Counted from the stretch's first letter, positions 1-7,297 are shown. The stretch: DNA of 15,907 bases from Gemmatimonadota bacterium (GCA_046758745.1 JBHIAV010000056.1:1-15907); one strand, 5' to 3'. The notes: a model not told the origin generated them from the sequence alone. Numbers and translations are program-made.

Positions 1-2
1 TC

Positions 3-1400
3 GTGCGCCGGCGCTCCGTGACGACCCGCGAGCAGCAGATCACCGGCATCTCCGAGAGCAGTACCCTCGGCGTGGGGGTCCGATCGTTCGTGGACGGGAG
101 CTGGGGCTTCGCGGCGACGCAGGAGCTCGCGGTCGATTCCGTCACACGCGCGGCGAGGTCCTCCGCCGAGATCGCAAAGGCGAACGCGAAGGTGGAGCGG
201 GCCCCGGTGCGGCTAGCTCCGGTCGAGGCATACGGCGACGTGAGCTGGACGAGCGAGTTCGAGATCGATCCGTGGGACGTCCCGCTCGAGGACCAGGTCG
301 GCCTCCTCCTCTCCCTGAACGACGTGGCACTAGCGGCGCCGGACGTCCGTTTCGTGTCGAGCGGTGTCCAGTTCGTCAAGATCGACAAGACGGTGGCCAC
401 GACGGAGGGGACCACGGCCGCGCAGCGCATCATCCGGCTCCTTCCGTTCATGACGATCACCGCCGTCTCCTCCGATCGCACCGACTTCCAGAGCCGCGGC
501 TCGGTGCTGGAACCGGCCGGGCGCGGATGGGAGTACGTGCGGGACAACTTCACCGGCGAGAACGTCGAGGTGTGGGCCGCCGAGGCATCCCGGAAGCTGA
601 GCGCGACACCCGTGGAGCCGGGGCGGTACGATCTCGTGCTACACCCGTCGAACCTGTGGCTCACCATCCACGAATCGATCGGCCATCCGACCGAGCTCGA
701 CCGGGCGTACGGCTACGAGGCGAACTACGCGGGAACCAGCTTCCTGGCGCCCCCGCAGGCCGTGATAGGGAAGCTCCGGTACGGTCCGGATTTCATGCAG
801 GTGGAAGCCGAGCGCACCTCGCCCGGCGGACTGGCTTCGATCGGGTGGGACGACGAGGGCGTGCCGGCGGACCGCTGGTCCCTCGTCGAGGACGGGGTCT
901 TCGTCGACTACCAGACCACGCGGGAGCAGGTGGACTGGATCGCCGGCCTCACGGGTGTGACCCGCAGCCATGGGTGCGCGTTTGCGGACGGCTGGAACAG
1001 CATCCCCTTTCAGCGCATGCCTAACATCAACCTCCTCCCCGGAGCGGAGGGCTTTTCCGAAGAGGACGTGATCGGGGCGGTGGATCGGGGGGTGTACGTG
1101 GAGGGCCGCGGCTCGTATTCGATTGACCAGCAGCGCTACAACTTCCAGTTCGGCGGACAGGTGTTCTGGGAGGTCCGGGGTGGGAGGAAGACGCGCATGC
1201 TGAAGGACGTCGGCTACCAGGCGCGGACGACCGACTTCTGGAACTCGCTCGTTGTGCTCGGCGGCTCCTCGACCTACCGCGTCGGCGGCACCTTCACCGA
1301 CGGCAAGGGACAGCCGCCGCAGGTGAACGCGGTCTCGCACGGCTGCCCGATCGCGGTCTTCCGGAACATCGAGATCCTGAACACCGGCCGCTCCGGCTAG
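3..1400 (+). CDS. tldD: TldD/PmbA-family zinc metalloprotease, TldD-type catalytic subunit (5' truncated by the window edge)
   Basis: Open frame from the window edge. N-terminal GVGVR..GSWGFA, metal-binding HESIGH (HExxxH), WDDEGV, RMPNINLLPG, SYSIDQQRYNFQFG and C-terminal GKGQP..SHGCP are typical TldD-family segments. Confidence 0.9.
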   Translation: MRRRSVTTREQQITGISESSTLGVGVRSFVDGSWGFAATQELAVDSVTRAARSSAEIAKANAKVERAPVRLAPVEAYGDVSWTSEFEIDPWDVPLEDQVGLLLSLNDVALAAPDVRFVSSGVQFVKIDKTVATTEGTTAAQRIIRLLPFMTITAVSSDRTDFQSRGSVLEPAGRGWEYVRDNFTGENVEVWAAEASRKLSATPVEPGRYDLVLHPSNLWLTIHESIGHPTELDRAYGYEANYAGTSFLAPPQAVIGKLRYGPDFMQVEAERTSPGGLASIGWDDEGVPADRWSLVEDGVFVDYQTTREQVDWIAGLTGVTRSHGCAFADGWNSIPFQRMPNINLLPGAEGFSEEDVIGAVDRGVYVEGRGSYSIDQQRYNFQFGGQVFWEVRGGRKTRMLKDVGYQARTTDFWNSLVVLGGSSTYRVGGTFTDGKGQPPQVNAVSHGCPIAVFRNIEILNTGRSG

Positions 1401-1405
1401 CGGCC

Positions 1406-2185
1406 ATGCCGGCGTCGTCGGGCCCCCGTGCGGCGCGCCCCCCCCGACCGAGGGGTCTCGCGAGCCCCGTGGCGGCGGCGGCCACAAGCCTCCTGGCGCC
1501 GCGTGCGAGCCCCCTGGCGCCGGGCGCGAGGCCCTGGGCGGCGGGTGGTGCGATGCCTCTGGCAGCGGGCGCCCTGCTCGCGGCGGTGGGGATTGTCCTT
1601 CTCCTCGCCTTCCTCCGGCCCGCCGTCTGGGTCGTGGTGGGGGTGATCGCGCTTCTCCTTCTCCCGGGCCGCTGGTGGCGTTGGCGGACGCGGCGGTTCC
1701 GTCGCGGGGTGCGGCTGCTCGAACGGGGCGACGCGACCGGTGCCAGGGAGGCCCTGACGGGCTTCCTCGAGCGGCTCGACGCGACGTTCGAGAGGGCGCA
1801 GCCGTTCTTCAACCTGGGCCGCCGCTACCCGTACGCGGTGGCCGCGCAGGCGAACCTGGGTGTCGCACATCTGAAGCTCGGCGACATCGACGCGGCGCTC
1901 GCCGCCTTCGCGGAGGCCCTCGAGGGCGAGCCGGAGTGGGTTCCCGCCCTGTTCGGCCGGGCGCTGGCGCTTCGGCGTTACGGAGAGCTCACCGCCGCCG
2001 AGCGCTCCGCGGCCGCCGCGCTCGAGGCGCGGCCGGGCTACCTTGCTGCGCGGCTTCTGCTGGGGCTCATCCGCCGCGAGCGCGGGGATGTGGCCGGCGC
2101 CGAGGCGGTCCTCCGGCCCTTGAAGGAGGACGGGGAGGACGTCGAGGAGCTGCTCGGGCGGCTCGAGCGGGCTTGGGAGGGGTAG
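1406..2185 (+). CDS. Membrane-anchored tetratricopeptide-repeat protein (alternative start ATG 1553)
   Basis: Two hydrophobic helices (LAAGALLAAVGIVLLLAFL; AVWVVVGVIALLLL), a basic stretch, then TPR-like units (AQANLGVAHLKLGDIDAALAAFAEAL; ALFGRALALRRYGELTAAERSAAAAL; ARLLLGLIRRERGDVAGAEAVL). Starts 5 nt after the tldD stop. Confidence 0.8.
   Translation: MPASSGPRAARPPRPRGLASPVAAAATSLLAPRASPLAPGARPWAAGGAMPLAAGALLAAVGIVLLLAFLRPAVWVVVGVIALLLLPGRWWRWRTRRFRRGVRLLERGDATGAREALTGFLERLDATFERAQPFFNLGRRYPYAVAAQANLGVAHLKLGDIDAALAAFAEALEGEPEWVPALFGRALALRRYGELTAAERSAAAALEARPGYLAARLLLGLIRRERGDVAGAEAVLRPLKEDGEDVEELLGRLERAWEG
1460..1570 (+). repeat. Imperfect 21-24 bp tandem repeat (about 5 units) in the 5' part of the TPR ORF
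   Basis: Units resemble gcgagccccctggcgccgggc and encode ASPVAAA / TSLLAPR / ASPLAPG / ARPWAAG / AMPLAAG. Confidence 0.55.
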
Positions 2186-2312
2186 GAGTCGGAGCGCCCG
2201 GGGGGACGGGCGCGCGGGGTGTATCGGCGCGCCGGTCGAGTTTGGCCCGGGGGGCGCGAGACCGATGGCCCGTTCCGACGGAAAAGCTGCGAGTGCGGAG
2301 CGTACGGATGGC

Positions 2313-4292
2313 ATGGGGAGCGGGCCGTTGAAGGCGGCTCGGGTCGCCGGCGCACTGGCTTGGGTGGCGGTCGCGGCGCTCGCCGTCTCCGTGGCGCCGA
2401 CCTCCTCCGCCCTCCCCACATCGCGACATCGGCTTCCGAGCCGCGCCTCGCCGCCGACCCTCCCCGACACTCTTCCTCGCTTCATCCGCTCCGCCCTGTC
2501 GCTATACCGTGCCGCGCCCGACTCCGGAGATGTGGCGAAGCTGCTGGCACGGTGGGCGCAAATCGGCGGTCCGGCGAGCGCCGCCGACTCGCTCGCGGCC
2601 TCGATGCTTTGGCGCCGGGCGGGCCGGAGCGGTCTCGCCATCGGCGCGCTCCCCGGCCCGGCTCCCGACGGCCCGAGCGCGGCCCGGGTCGAGCTGGAGC
2701 GGGCGAGGATCCTCTTCGCGGCCGGAACATCGCCCGCTGCGGCGCCGACCGCCTTCTGGCTCGCCTGCGATGGGATGGATGGAGAGACGAAGCGCGAGCT
2801 GTGGCTCGACCTCCGGAGCCTCGCGACGCCGGCCGAGCAGGCGGAGTGGGGGGAGCTCGCTCCCGGCGGTCCTGCGTGCAGCTGGCTGCGCCGCTTTGTG
2901 GCGGAGCGCGCGTGGCGCATGGCCGTCCCTCCCGACGAGCGCGTGGCGCTGCACTACCGGCGACTCGCGCGGGCACGAGAGCGGTACTGGCTGCGCCGTC
3001 CCCGCTTCACCCGTGACCTGACGGACTGGCTCGGCCGACCGGACAGCTTGGAATTCGACGATCGCGGCCTCGTCTACGTGCGGATGGGCCGGCCGGAGGG
3101 AACGGTCGGGGCGGGTGCGGCCGACCTGGAGACCAACGAGAGCTGGGCCTACTATCGCCCGCAGGGAGCGCGCATCTACCACTTCGCGGCGGTCTCCAGG
3201 GCGTACGGAGGGGGTTTTCAGCCCGTCGGCGACTACCGCCTCCTGGAGAACCTGGCGCACGCCACCGGGCTCACCATGACGAGCGAGCTCATGGCCGTCG
3301 GCGGCGCGCGCATCGCCGCCCTGTACGGCTCGCGCGGGTTGCTGGACCTCGGCTTCCGCCGGACCGCGTTCCGGTACGGGGAGGCGGACCGGCGCATGCG
3401 GGCCGCCGGCCGGCCGTTCGACCCGGGCTTCCTCGGCGTCCTCATGAAGGAGCGGCAGCAGACCAAGGAGGATGCGAGGTACGTCGTCCAGACTGTTCCG
3501 GATGTCCCGCAGGTCGAGCCGCGCGTGCGCTTCGCCTACGAGACGCTGCGCTTCGAGGAACCTGGCGGTGAGCGAGCCGAGGTCTGGGTGGTCGTCTCGG
3601 CCCGCGCGGGAGATCTGACCGACGGTGGCGTCGCGGGCACGCACCGCTACGGGGTGGGGGCCAGGGTGGCGCTCCTCACACCGGAAGGCTACCGCGAGGC
3701 GCGACAGGTAAGCAGCCTCATCCGGCCACGTCCGGTGAGCGATGACGACGGCGTGCCGGTGAGGATCTCCCTGGAGCTGCCGCCCGGCCGCTACCCGCTC
3801 ACCGTGGCGATCCGCGACGAGCACGCAGGCGAGCCGGCCGTCGGCAACTGGGCGCACGACACTCTCATCGTCGGGGTGGGCGGCTTCCTACCACGACTGA
3901 GCGACATCGCGGTGGCGCAGGACTCCGGGGGGAGCTGGACCCGAGACGGGGCCGTCTTCCTGAAGCCCGTCCCGAACCACGTCGTCGGAGGGGACGGGAC
4001 CCTGCACCTGTACTTCGAGCTGTACGGCCTGCGTCCCCGGAGTGCGTACGAGGTGGATCTCCGTCTCGTGCCGCGGGAAGCGGGCGGCCGAATCTTCCAG
4101 CTGGATGCAGAGGAGGTAGCGTTCGGGCTCCGCTACCTCTCCGAGATGCCCGCCGGCGCGGCTCCGGGCCGGCAGCATCTGCGCCTGAACCTCGCAGACA
4201 CGGAGCCGGGGGACTACCTCCTCGCCGTGCGAGCGACGGACCTCGAGGCCGGGGCAGCGAGCCTCCCGGCCCTGACGACGGTGACGCGGTGA
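2313..4292 (+). CDS. Secreted/envelope GWxTD-domain-like protein (start uncertain: ATG 2265, ATG 2313, or TTG 2328 after GGGGAG)
   Basis: Signal-peptide-like N-terminus (KAARVAGALAWVAVAALAVSVAPTSSA). ERVALHYRRLARARERY followed by DDRGLVYVRMGRP and NESWAY matches the DRG-x-Y-xx-G-x-P...W-x-Y core of GWxTD proteins. The C-terminus has beta-sandwich-like segments (LPPGRYPLTV, LYFELYGL, PGDYLLAVRATD). Confidence 0.7.
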   Translation: MGSGPLKAARVAGALAWVAVAALAVSVAPTSSALPTSRHRLPSRASPPTLPDTLPRFIRSALSLYRAAPDSGDVAKLLARWAQIGGPASAADSLAASMLWRRAGRSGLAIGALPGPAPDGPSAARVELERARILFAAGTSPAAAPTAFWLACDGMDGETKRELWLDLRSLATPAEQAEWGELAPGGPACSWLRRFVAERAWRMAVPPDERVALHYRRLARARERYWLRRPRFTRDLTDWLGRPDSLEFDDRGLVYVRMGRPEGTVGAGAADLETNESWAYYRPQGARIYHFAAVSRAYGGGFQPVGDYRLLENLAHATGLTMTSELMAVGGARIAALYGSRGLLDLGFRRTAFRYGEADRRMRAAGRPFDPGFLGVLMKERQQTKEDARYVVQTVPDVPQVEPRVRFAYETLRFEEPGGERAEVWVVVSARAGDLTDGGVAGTHRYGVGARVALLTPEGYREARQVSSLIRPRPVSDDDGVPVRISLELPPGRYPLTVAIRDEHAGEPAVGNWAHDTLIVGVGGFLPRLSDIAVAQDSGGSWTRDGAVFLKPVPNHVVGGDGTLHLYFELYGLRPRSAYEVDLRLVPREAGGRIFQLDAEEVAFGLRYLSEMPAGAAPGRQHLRLNLADTEPGDYLLAVRATDLEAGAASLPALTTVTR

Positions 4293-4296
4293 GCGC

Positions 4297-5166
4297 TCAG
4301 CCCCGCGCCACGAGGAACACGCCCGCCAGGATCACCAGCGTGCCGGCGAGCCGGGACGCCGCGAAGCGCTCGCTGAAGAAGAACGTTCCGAGCAACACAG
4401 TCAGCATCGCCCCGCTTCGCTTGATCGTGATCACGTTGGCGGCCAGGGATCGACCCAGCGCCTCCATCTGGCACATGAACATCGCGGCGAAAAGGAGCCC
4501 CTGCACGACCAGCAGCCAGCGCGCCTCCGGCCGCATCGCGTTTCGCAGCCCTCCGCCCCGCCGGCTGACGAGCGGAAGGAAGGCCACACCGATGGCGCCG
4601 GTGAGGACGGTCCCGTACAGGGCGGGCGAGGAGTCGAGAACGGCCACCCGGTCCACCGTACCGCTCACCGCCCAGATGAGGGCGACGCCCAGCATCCGTC
4701 GGGCCCCGGGGTCTCGCGCCACCGCTCGCAGCGGCCCGAACAGGTCGGCCCGCGAGGGGTCGTACCCGAGCAGATATACCCCGGCGACGACCAGGCACAC
4801 ACCCGCCAGGCCGCCGGCGCCGGGAGCATCCCTCAGCAGCAGCCATTCGACGGGGACGAGGAAGATCGGCGTGAGGGCGAGCAGCGGATAGGTGAGACCG
4901 ATATCGCCGCGGTTCAGAGCGGAGACGTACAGGGAAAAGGAGAAGCAGGAAAGCACGACGTTTACGACGACCGCCGGCCAGAACCGGTCCCCGATCGCGG
5001 CGGGCGGCCCCTGCAGGGCCAGATAGATGAACAGAACGGGAAACGCGAAGGCGAAGATGGCCCAGGTGGCGGCGGAGCCCGAGGCCCGGCTCCCGATGTG
5101 CTTGGTCCACGCGCCCTGCAGGGCGTAGAAGACAGCCGCCCCGAGGGCGAGCAGAACCCAGCTCAC
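4297..5166 (-). CDS. EamA/DMT-family drug/metabolite transporter
   Basis: 289 aa with about 10 hydrophobic helices in two repeats. The segments YVSALNRGDIGLTYPLLALTPIF and IKRSGAMLTVLLGTFFFSER..RLAGTLVILAGVFLV fit EamA repeats. GTG start lies 28 nt after the upstream stop. Confidence 0.88.
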   Translation of the reverse strand: MSWVLLALGAAVFYALQGAWTKHIGSRASGSAATWAIFAFAFPVLFIYLALQGPPAAIGDRFWPAVVVNVVLSCFSFSLYVSALNRGDIGLTYPLLALTPIFLVPVEWLLLRDAPGAGGLAGVCLVVAGVYLLGYDPSRADLFGPLRAVARDPGARRMLGVALIWAVSGTVDRVAVLDSSPALYGTVLTGAIGVAFLPLVSRRGGGLRNAMRPEARWLLVVQGLLFAAMFMCQMEALGRSLAANVITIKRSGAMLTVLLGTFFFSERFAASRLAGTLVILAGVFLVARG

Positions 5167-5194
5167 CTTCGAGGAGGCCCTCGGTCAGATCGAC

Positions 5195-6358
5195 CTACCT
5201 CGTCCGTGTTCCCACCGAGACTCGCGATCCGCCGGCCTTGGCCGTGCCGTGGGTCTGATCGCGGTGGCCGGCCTCATGCTCGCCGGCCTCCTCACGCGGC
5301 GCCGTTTCCTCACTGCTCTGGTGGCCGTGCTCGTGCGCTGCGGCCCGGAATGGGGCCTCCAATGTGTTCCGGAGATCCGCCACGTAGACCTCGTCGGAGC
5401 GGCTGAACTCGGGCCACTCGGCGTCCTTCGAAGCCCAGACGATTCCGCCGATCGCTCCCATCCCCCGGCTCGGGGCCGGCGCGTCCGTCGGATTGTAGTA
5501 CTCGACCACCGCACGATACACGTGGTCCTTGTAGAGCTTGACTCCCAGCCGCCAGAAGAGCTTGCTGCTGGGCACGCCGACGACCCGACCTGCCGCGTCC
5601 CGCTCGGGCTCGGCCCTCCAGATCACCCTACCGGTCGTCACGTCCTCGAGGCGGATGTGGTCGGCGTATTCGTGTAGGTGCGCTCCGATCGCCAGAAGAC
5701 GTCCGTCGATCGCCGGGCTACCCTCCCAGTAGTGAACGGTTCTCCCAGGCGGCACGGGGAAGTCTTTCTCCCCGACCGGACCCATCACGTCCACGTAGAA
5801 GGGGTAGACGTCGCGCGGCTGTATGAGCCCGTCCCCTTCTTCGCTGTAGAAGAGTCGAACGTGCAGGTACGCGTCCTCGATCTCCCGCCCGGTCGTGTTC
5901 GAGAACATGGAGGAGACAAGGAGCCGCTGCCCCGCTTCGATCGGATACCCCAACAGGCGGGGCATCCGCTGCGCCCCGGTCTCGTTGCCCGCTGCCATCA
6001 CCCGACGCGCCGTCGGGTTGAAGAGCTCGCGGTTGTCCGGGTCGATGAGATTGACGTGGTGAAGGAGCGACCGCGGGAGCTCGTTCCCCGATCCATCCCG
6101 CATCACCCATTCGAAACCGTGCAGCCAGCCGTCCACCGGGAAGGTCGTCATCTGGACCGGTAGGCGAAGGTGCTCCATGTCGGCGGCGAGGTGCACGGGG
6201 CCCACCACGACCTCGACCACCCGCTCCTCCTCGAGAACTTCGAACCTCACCAGGTCCCCTCCGACGTCGGCCAACGACCTCGGTGCCGCCTGCCCCGACG
6301 CCGCAGCCGGCAGCAGGACAAGCCCCGCCACGGCTGCGACTCCCACGTTTCCTCGCAT
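5195..6358 (-). CDS. Secreted protein, putative PHM/DBH-like (copper type II ascorbate-dependent) monooxygenase with His-rich C-terminal tail
   Basis: Signal peptide (MRGNVGVAAVAGLVLLPAAASG). Contains LLHHVNL (H100,H101), GAHLHEYA (H227,H229) and RGMG (M300), similar in spacing to PHM H107/H108, H242/H244 and M314. A purine-rich RBS (AGGAAGGGA) precedes the ATG. The ORF itself is secure; the family call is by motif only. Confidence 0.65.
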   Translation of the reverse strand: MRGNVGVAAVAGLVLLPAAASGQAAPRSLADVGGDLVRFEVLEEERVVEVVVGPVHLAADMEHLRLPVQMTTFPVDGWLHGFEWVMRDGSGNELPRSLLHHVNLIDPDNRELFNPTARRVMAAGNETGAQRMPRLLGYPIEAGQRLLVSSMFSNTTGREIEDAYLHVRLFYSEEGDGLIQPRDVYPFYVDVMGPVGEKDFPVPPGRTVHYWEGSPAIDGRLLAIGAHLHEYADHIRLEDVTTGRVIWRAEPERDAAGRVVGVPSSKLFWRLGVKLYKDHVYRAVVEYYNPTDAPAPSRGMGAIGGIVWASKDAEWPEFSRSDEVYVADLRNTLEAPFRAAAHEHGHQSSEETAPREEAGEHEAGHRDQTHGTAKAGGSRVSVGTRTR

Positions 6359-6450
6359 CGGTTCCCTTCCTATCCGATATGCCGTTCCCGCTACCGAATC
6401 CGGCCAGCCGGGCCGGCCGGTGGGGAGGTAGTCTCCGCAAGAGCCGGCCG

Positions 6451-6479
6451 AATATAGGGTTCGGACCGCAGCCGTTCAA
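6451..6479 (-). promoter_or_regulatory. Sigma70-like promoter for the copper-monooxygenase-like/EamA pair
   Basis: Minus strand reads TTGAAC-N17-TATATT, about 90 nt upstream of the ATG at 6358, and is AT-rich against a very GC-rich background. Confidence 0.65.
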
Positions 6480-6565
6480 TTCCCCCCGGGCGGGAGCTCC
6501 GCAAGACGGCCCGAAGGCGTGCCCGGCGCGCGGGGCCGCTCGGCGTCCGCCGAAGGCCTCGGGAG

Positions 6566-6622
6566 TGTGGAAAACCCGCCCTGAGGGCCCGTTCCACGTG
6601 GGAAAGCGGGCAGTTATCCACT
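6566..6622. promoter_or_regulatory. Two inverted DnaA-box-like 9-mers around a degenerate parS-like palindrome
   Basis: TGTGGAAAA (6566-6574, reverse TTTTCCACA) and TTATCCACT (6614-6622) are each 1 mismatch from TTATCCACA. CGTTCCACGTGGGAAA (6590-6605) lies between them. Confidence 0.45.
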
Positions 6623-6665
6623 ATTTCGGCCGGCCCAGCCCGGGTAGAGGGCGGGTCGTGCCGGG

Positions 6666-6730
6666 CTGCCGGACGGGTCCCGGGCGGCCTGCCGAAACGG
6701 GTCCCGGGCGGCCTGCCGAGGCGGGTCGGG
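6666..6730. repeat. 23-24 bp tandem repeat, about 2.7 copies
   Basis: ctgccggacgggtcccgggcggc / ctgccgaaacgggtcccgggcggc / ctgccgaggcgggtcggg. Confidence 0.8.
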
Positions 6731-6793
6731 GAGGGTCTCCGAGGGCTCCCAGCCGGGTCGGGGGGTGTCTCCAAGTGGGTTCCCGGGCGGCCG

Positions 6794-6837
6794 CTCCGGC
6801 GCGGCGTCTCCGGCGCGGGGCGTCTCCGGCGCGGCGT
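6794..6837. repeat. 14-16 bp tandem repeat, 3 copies
   Basis: ctccggcgcggcgt / ctccggcgcggggcgt / ctccggcgcggcgt. Confidence 0.8.
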
Positions 6838-6916
6838 AGCGCGACCAAGAGAGGCTCGGAGGTGGGCCCTGACGGGCGGTCAACCCTTCCGCTGCCACAA
6901 CCTCCGACGCTCGATG

Positions 6917-6946
6917 AAAAAAACCCGGTCTCCGTCGGAGTCCGGG
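6917..6946 (-). terminator. Intrinsic (rho-independent) terminator of the ferredoxin gene
   Basis: Minus strand reads CCCGG-A-CTCC-GAC-GGAG-A-CCGGG followed by T7, starting about 30 nt after the ferredoxin stop. Confidence 0.85.
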
Positions 6947-6975
6947 CCGGAACGCCCCCATCTCCCGCCGCCCCG

Positions 6976-7224
6976 TCAGGAGGGAACGGGAACGTTGAAC
7001 TGGTCGTAGTTCTTGGCGATATACTCCTTCCACTGCTCCGGCACCTCGTCGTCCGGAAAGATCGCCTCCACCGGGCACTCGGGCACGCACGCGCCACAGT
7101 CGATGCACTCCTCGGGGTGGATGTAGAATTGATCTTCGGCCTCATAGATGCAGTCGACGGGGCAGACATCGACGCACGATCCGTCCTTCGTGCCTATGCA
7201 GGGTTGGGCAATGATGTAGGTCAT
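6976..7224 (-). CDS. fdxA: Ferredoxin, 7Fe ([3Fe-4S]+[4Fe-4S]) FdxA type, 82 aa
   Basis: [27 protein letters not shown]...[22 protein letters not shown] carries Cx7Cx3CP and CxxCxxCxxxCP. RBS GAGGA precedes the ATG at 7224. The longer ORF-track version (to 7596) is a spurious extension. Confidence 0.95.
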   Translation of the reverse strand: MTYIIAQPCIGTKDGSCVDVCPVDCIYEAEDQFYIHPEECIDCGACVPECPVEAIFPDDEVPEQWKEYIAKNYDQFNVPVPS

Positions 7225-7297
7225 AAGTTCCTCGGCTCTGTGCGCAAGCGCCGCCGCCGAAGGCGGTCCTTTCGGTGGCCGAGCCACCAACGCGGTA

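Noticed and set aside
4290-4299. Perfect palindrome TGAGCGCTCA at the GWxTD/EamA junction
   Set aside because: It is formed by two convergent TGA stop codons separated by GCGC, which is too short for a terminator and needs no further explanation.
6388-6432. CsoR/RcnR-type copper operator (TAC...G-tract...GTA) upstream of the copper-protein gene
   Set aside because: The TACC and GGTA halves are about 35 bp apart, far wider than the compact known operators. An RNA hairpin explains the pattern better.
6359-6975. oriC or a structural RNA gene (tRNA, SRP, tmRNA, RNase P, 6S) in the 617-bp gap
   Set aside because: There are only two imperfect DnaA-like boxes, no AT-rich unwinding element and no adjacent dnaA/dnaN. 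I could not identify conserved RNA-family motifs by eye; an Rfam scan would be decisive.
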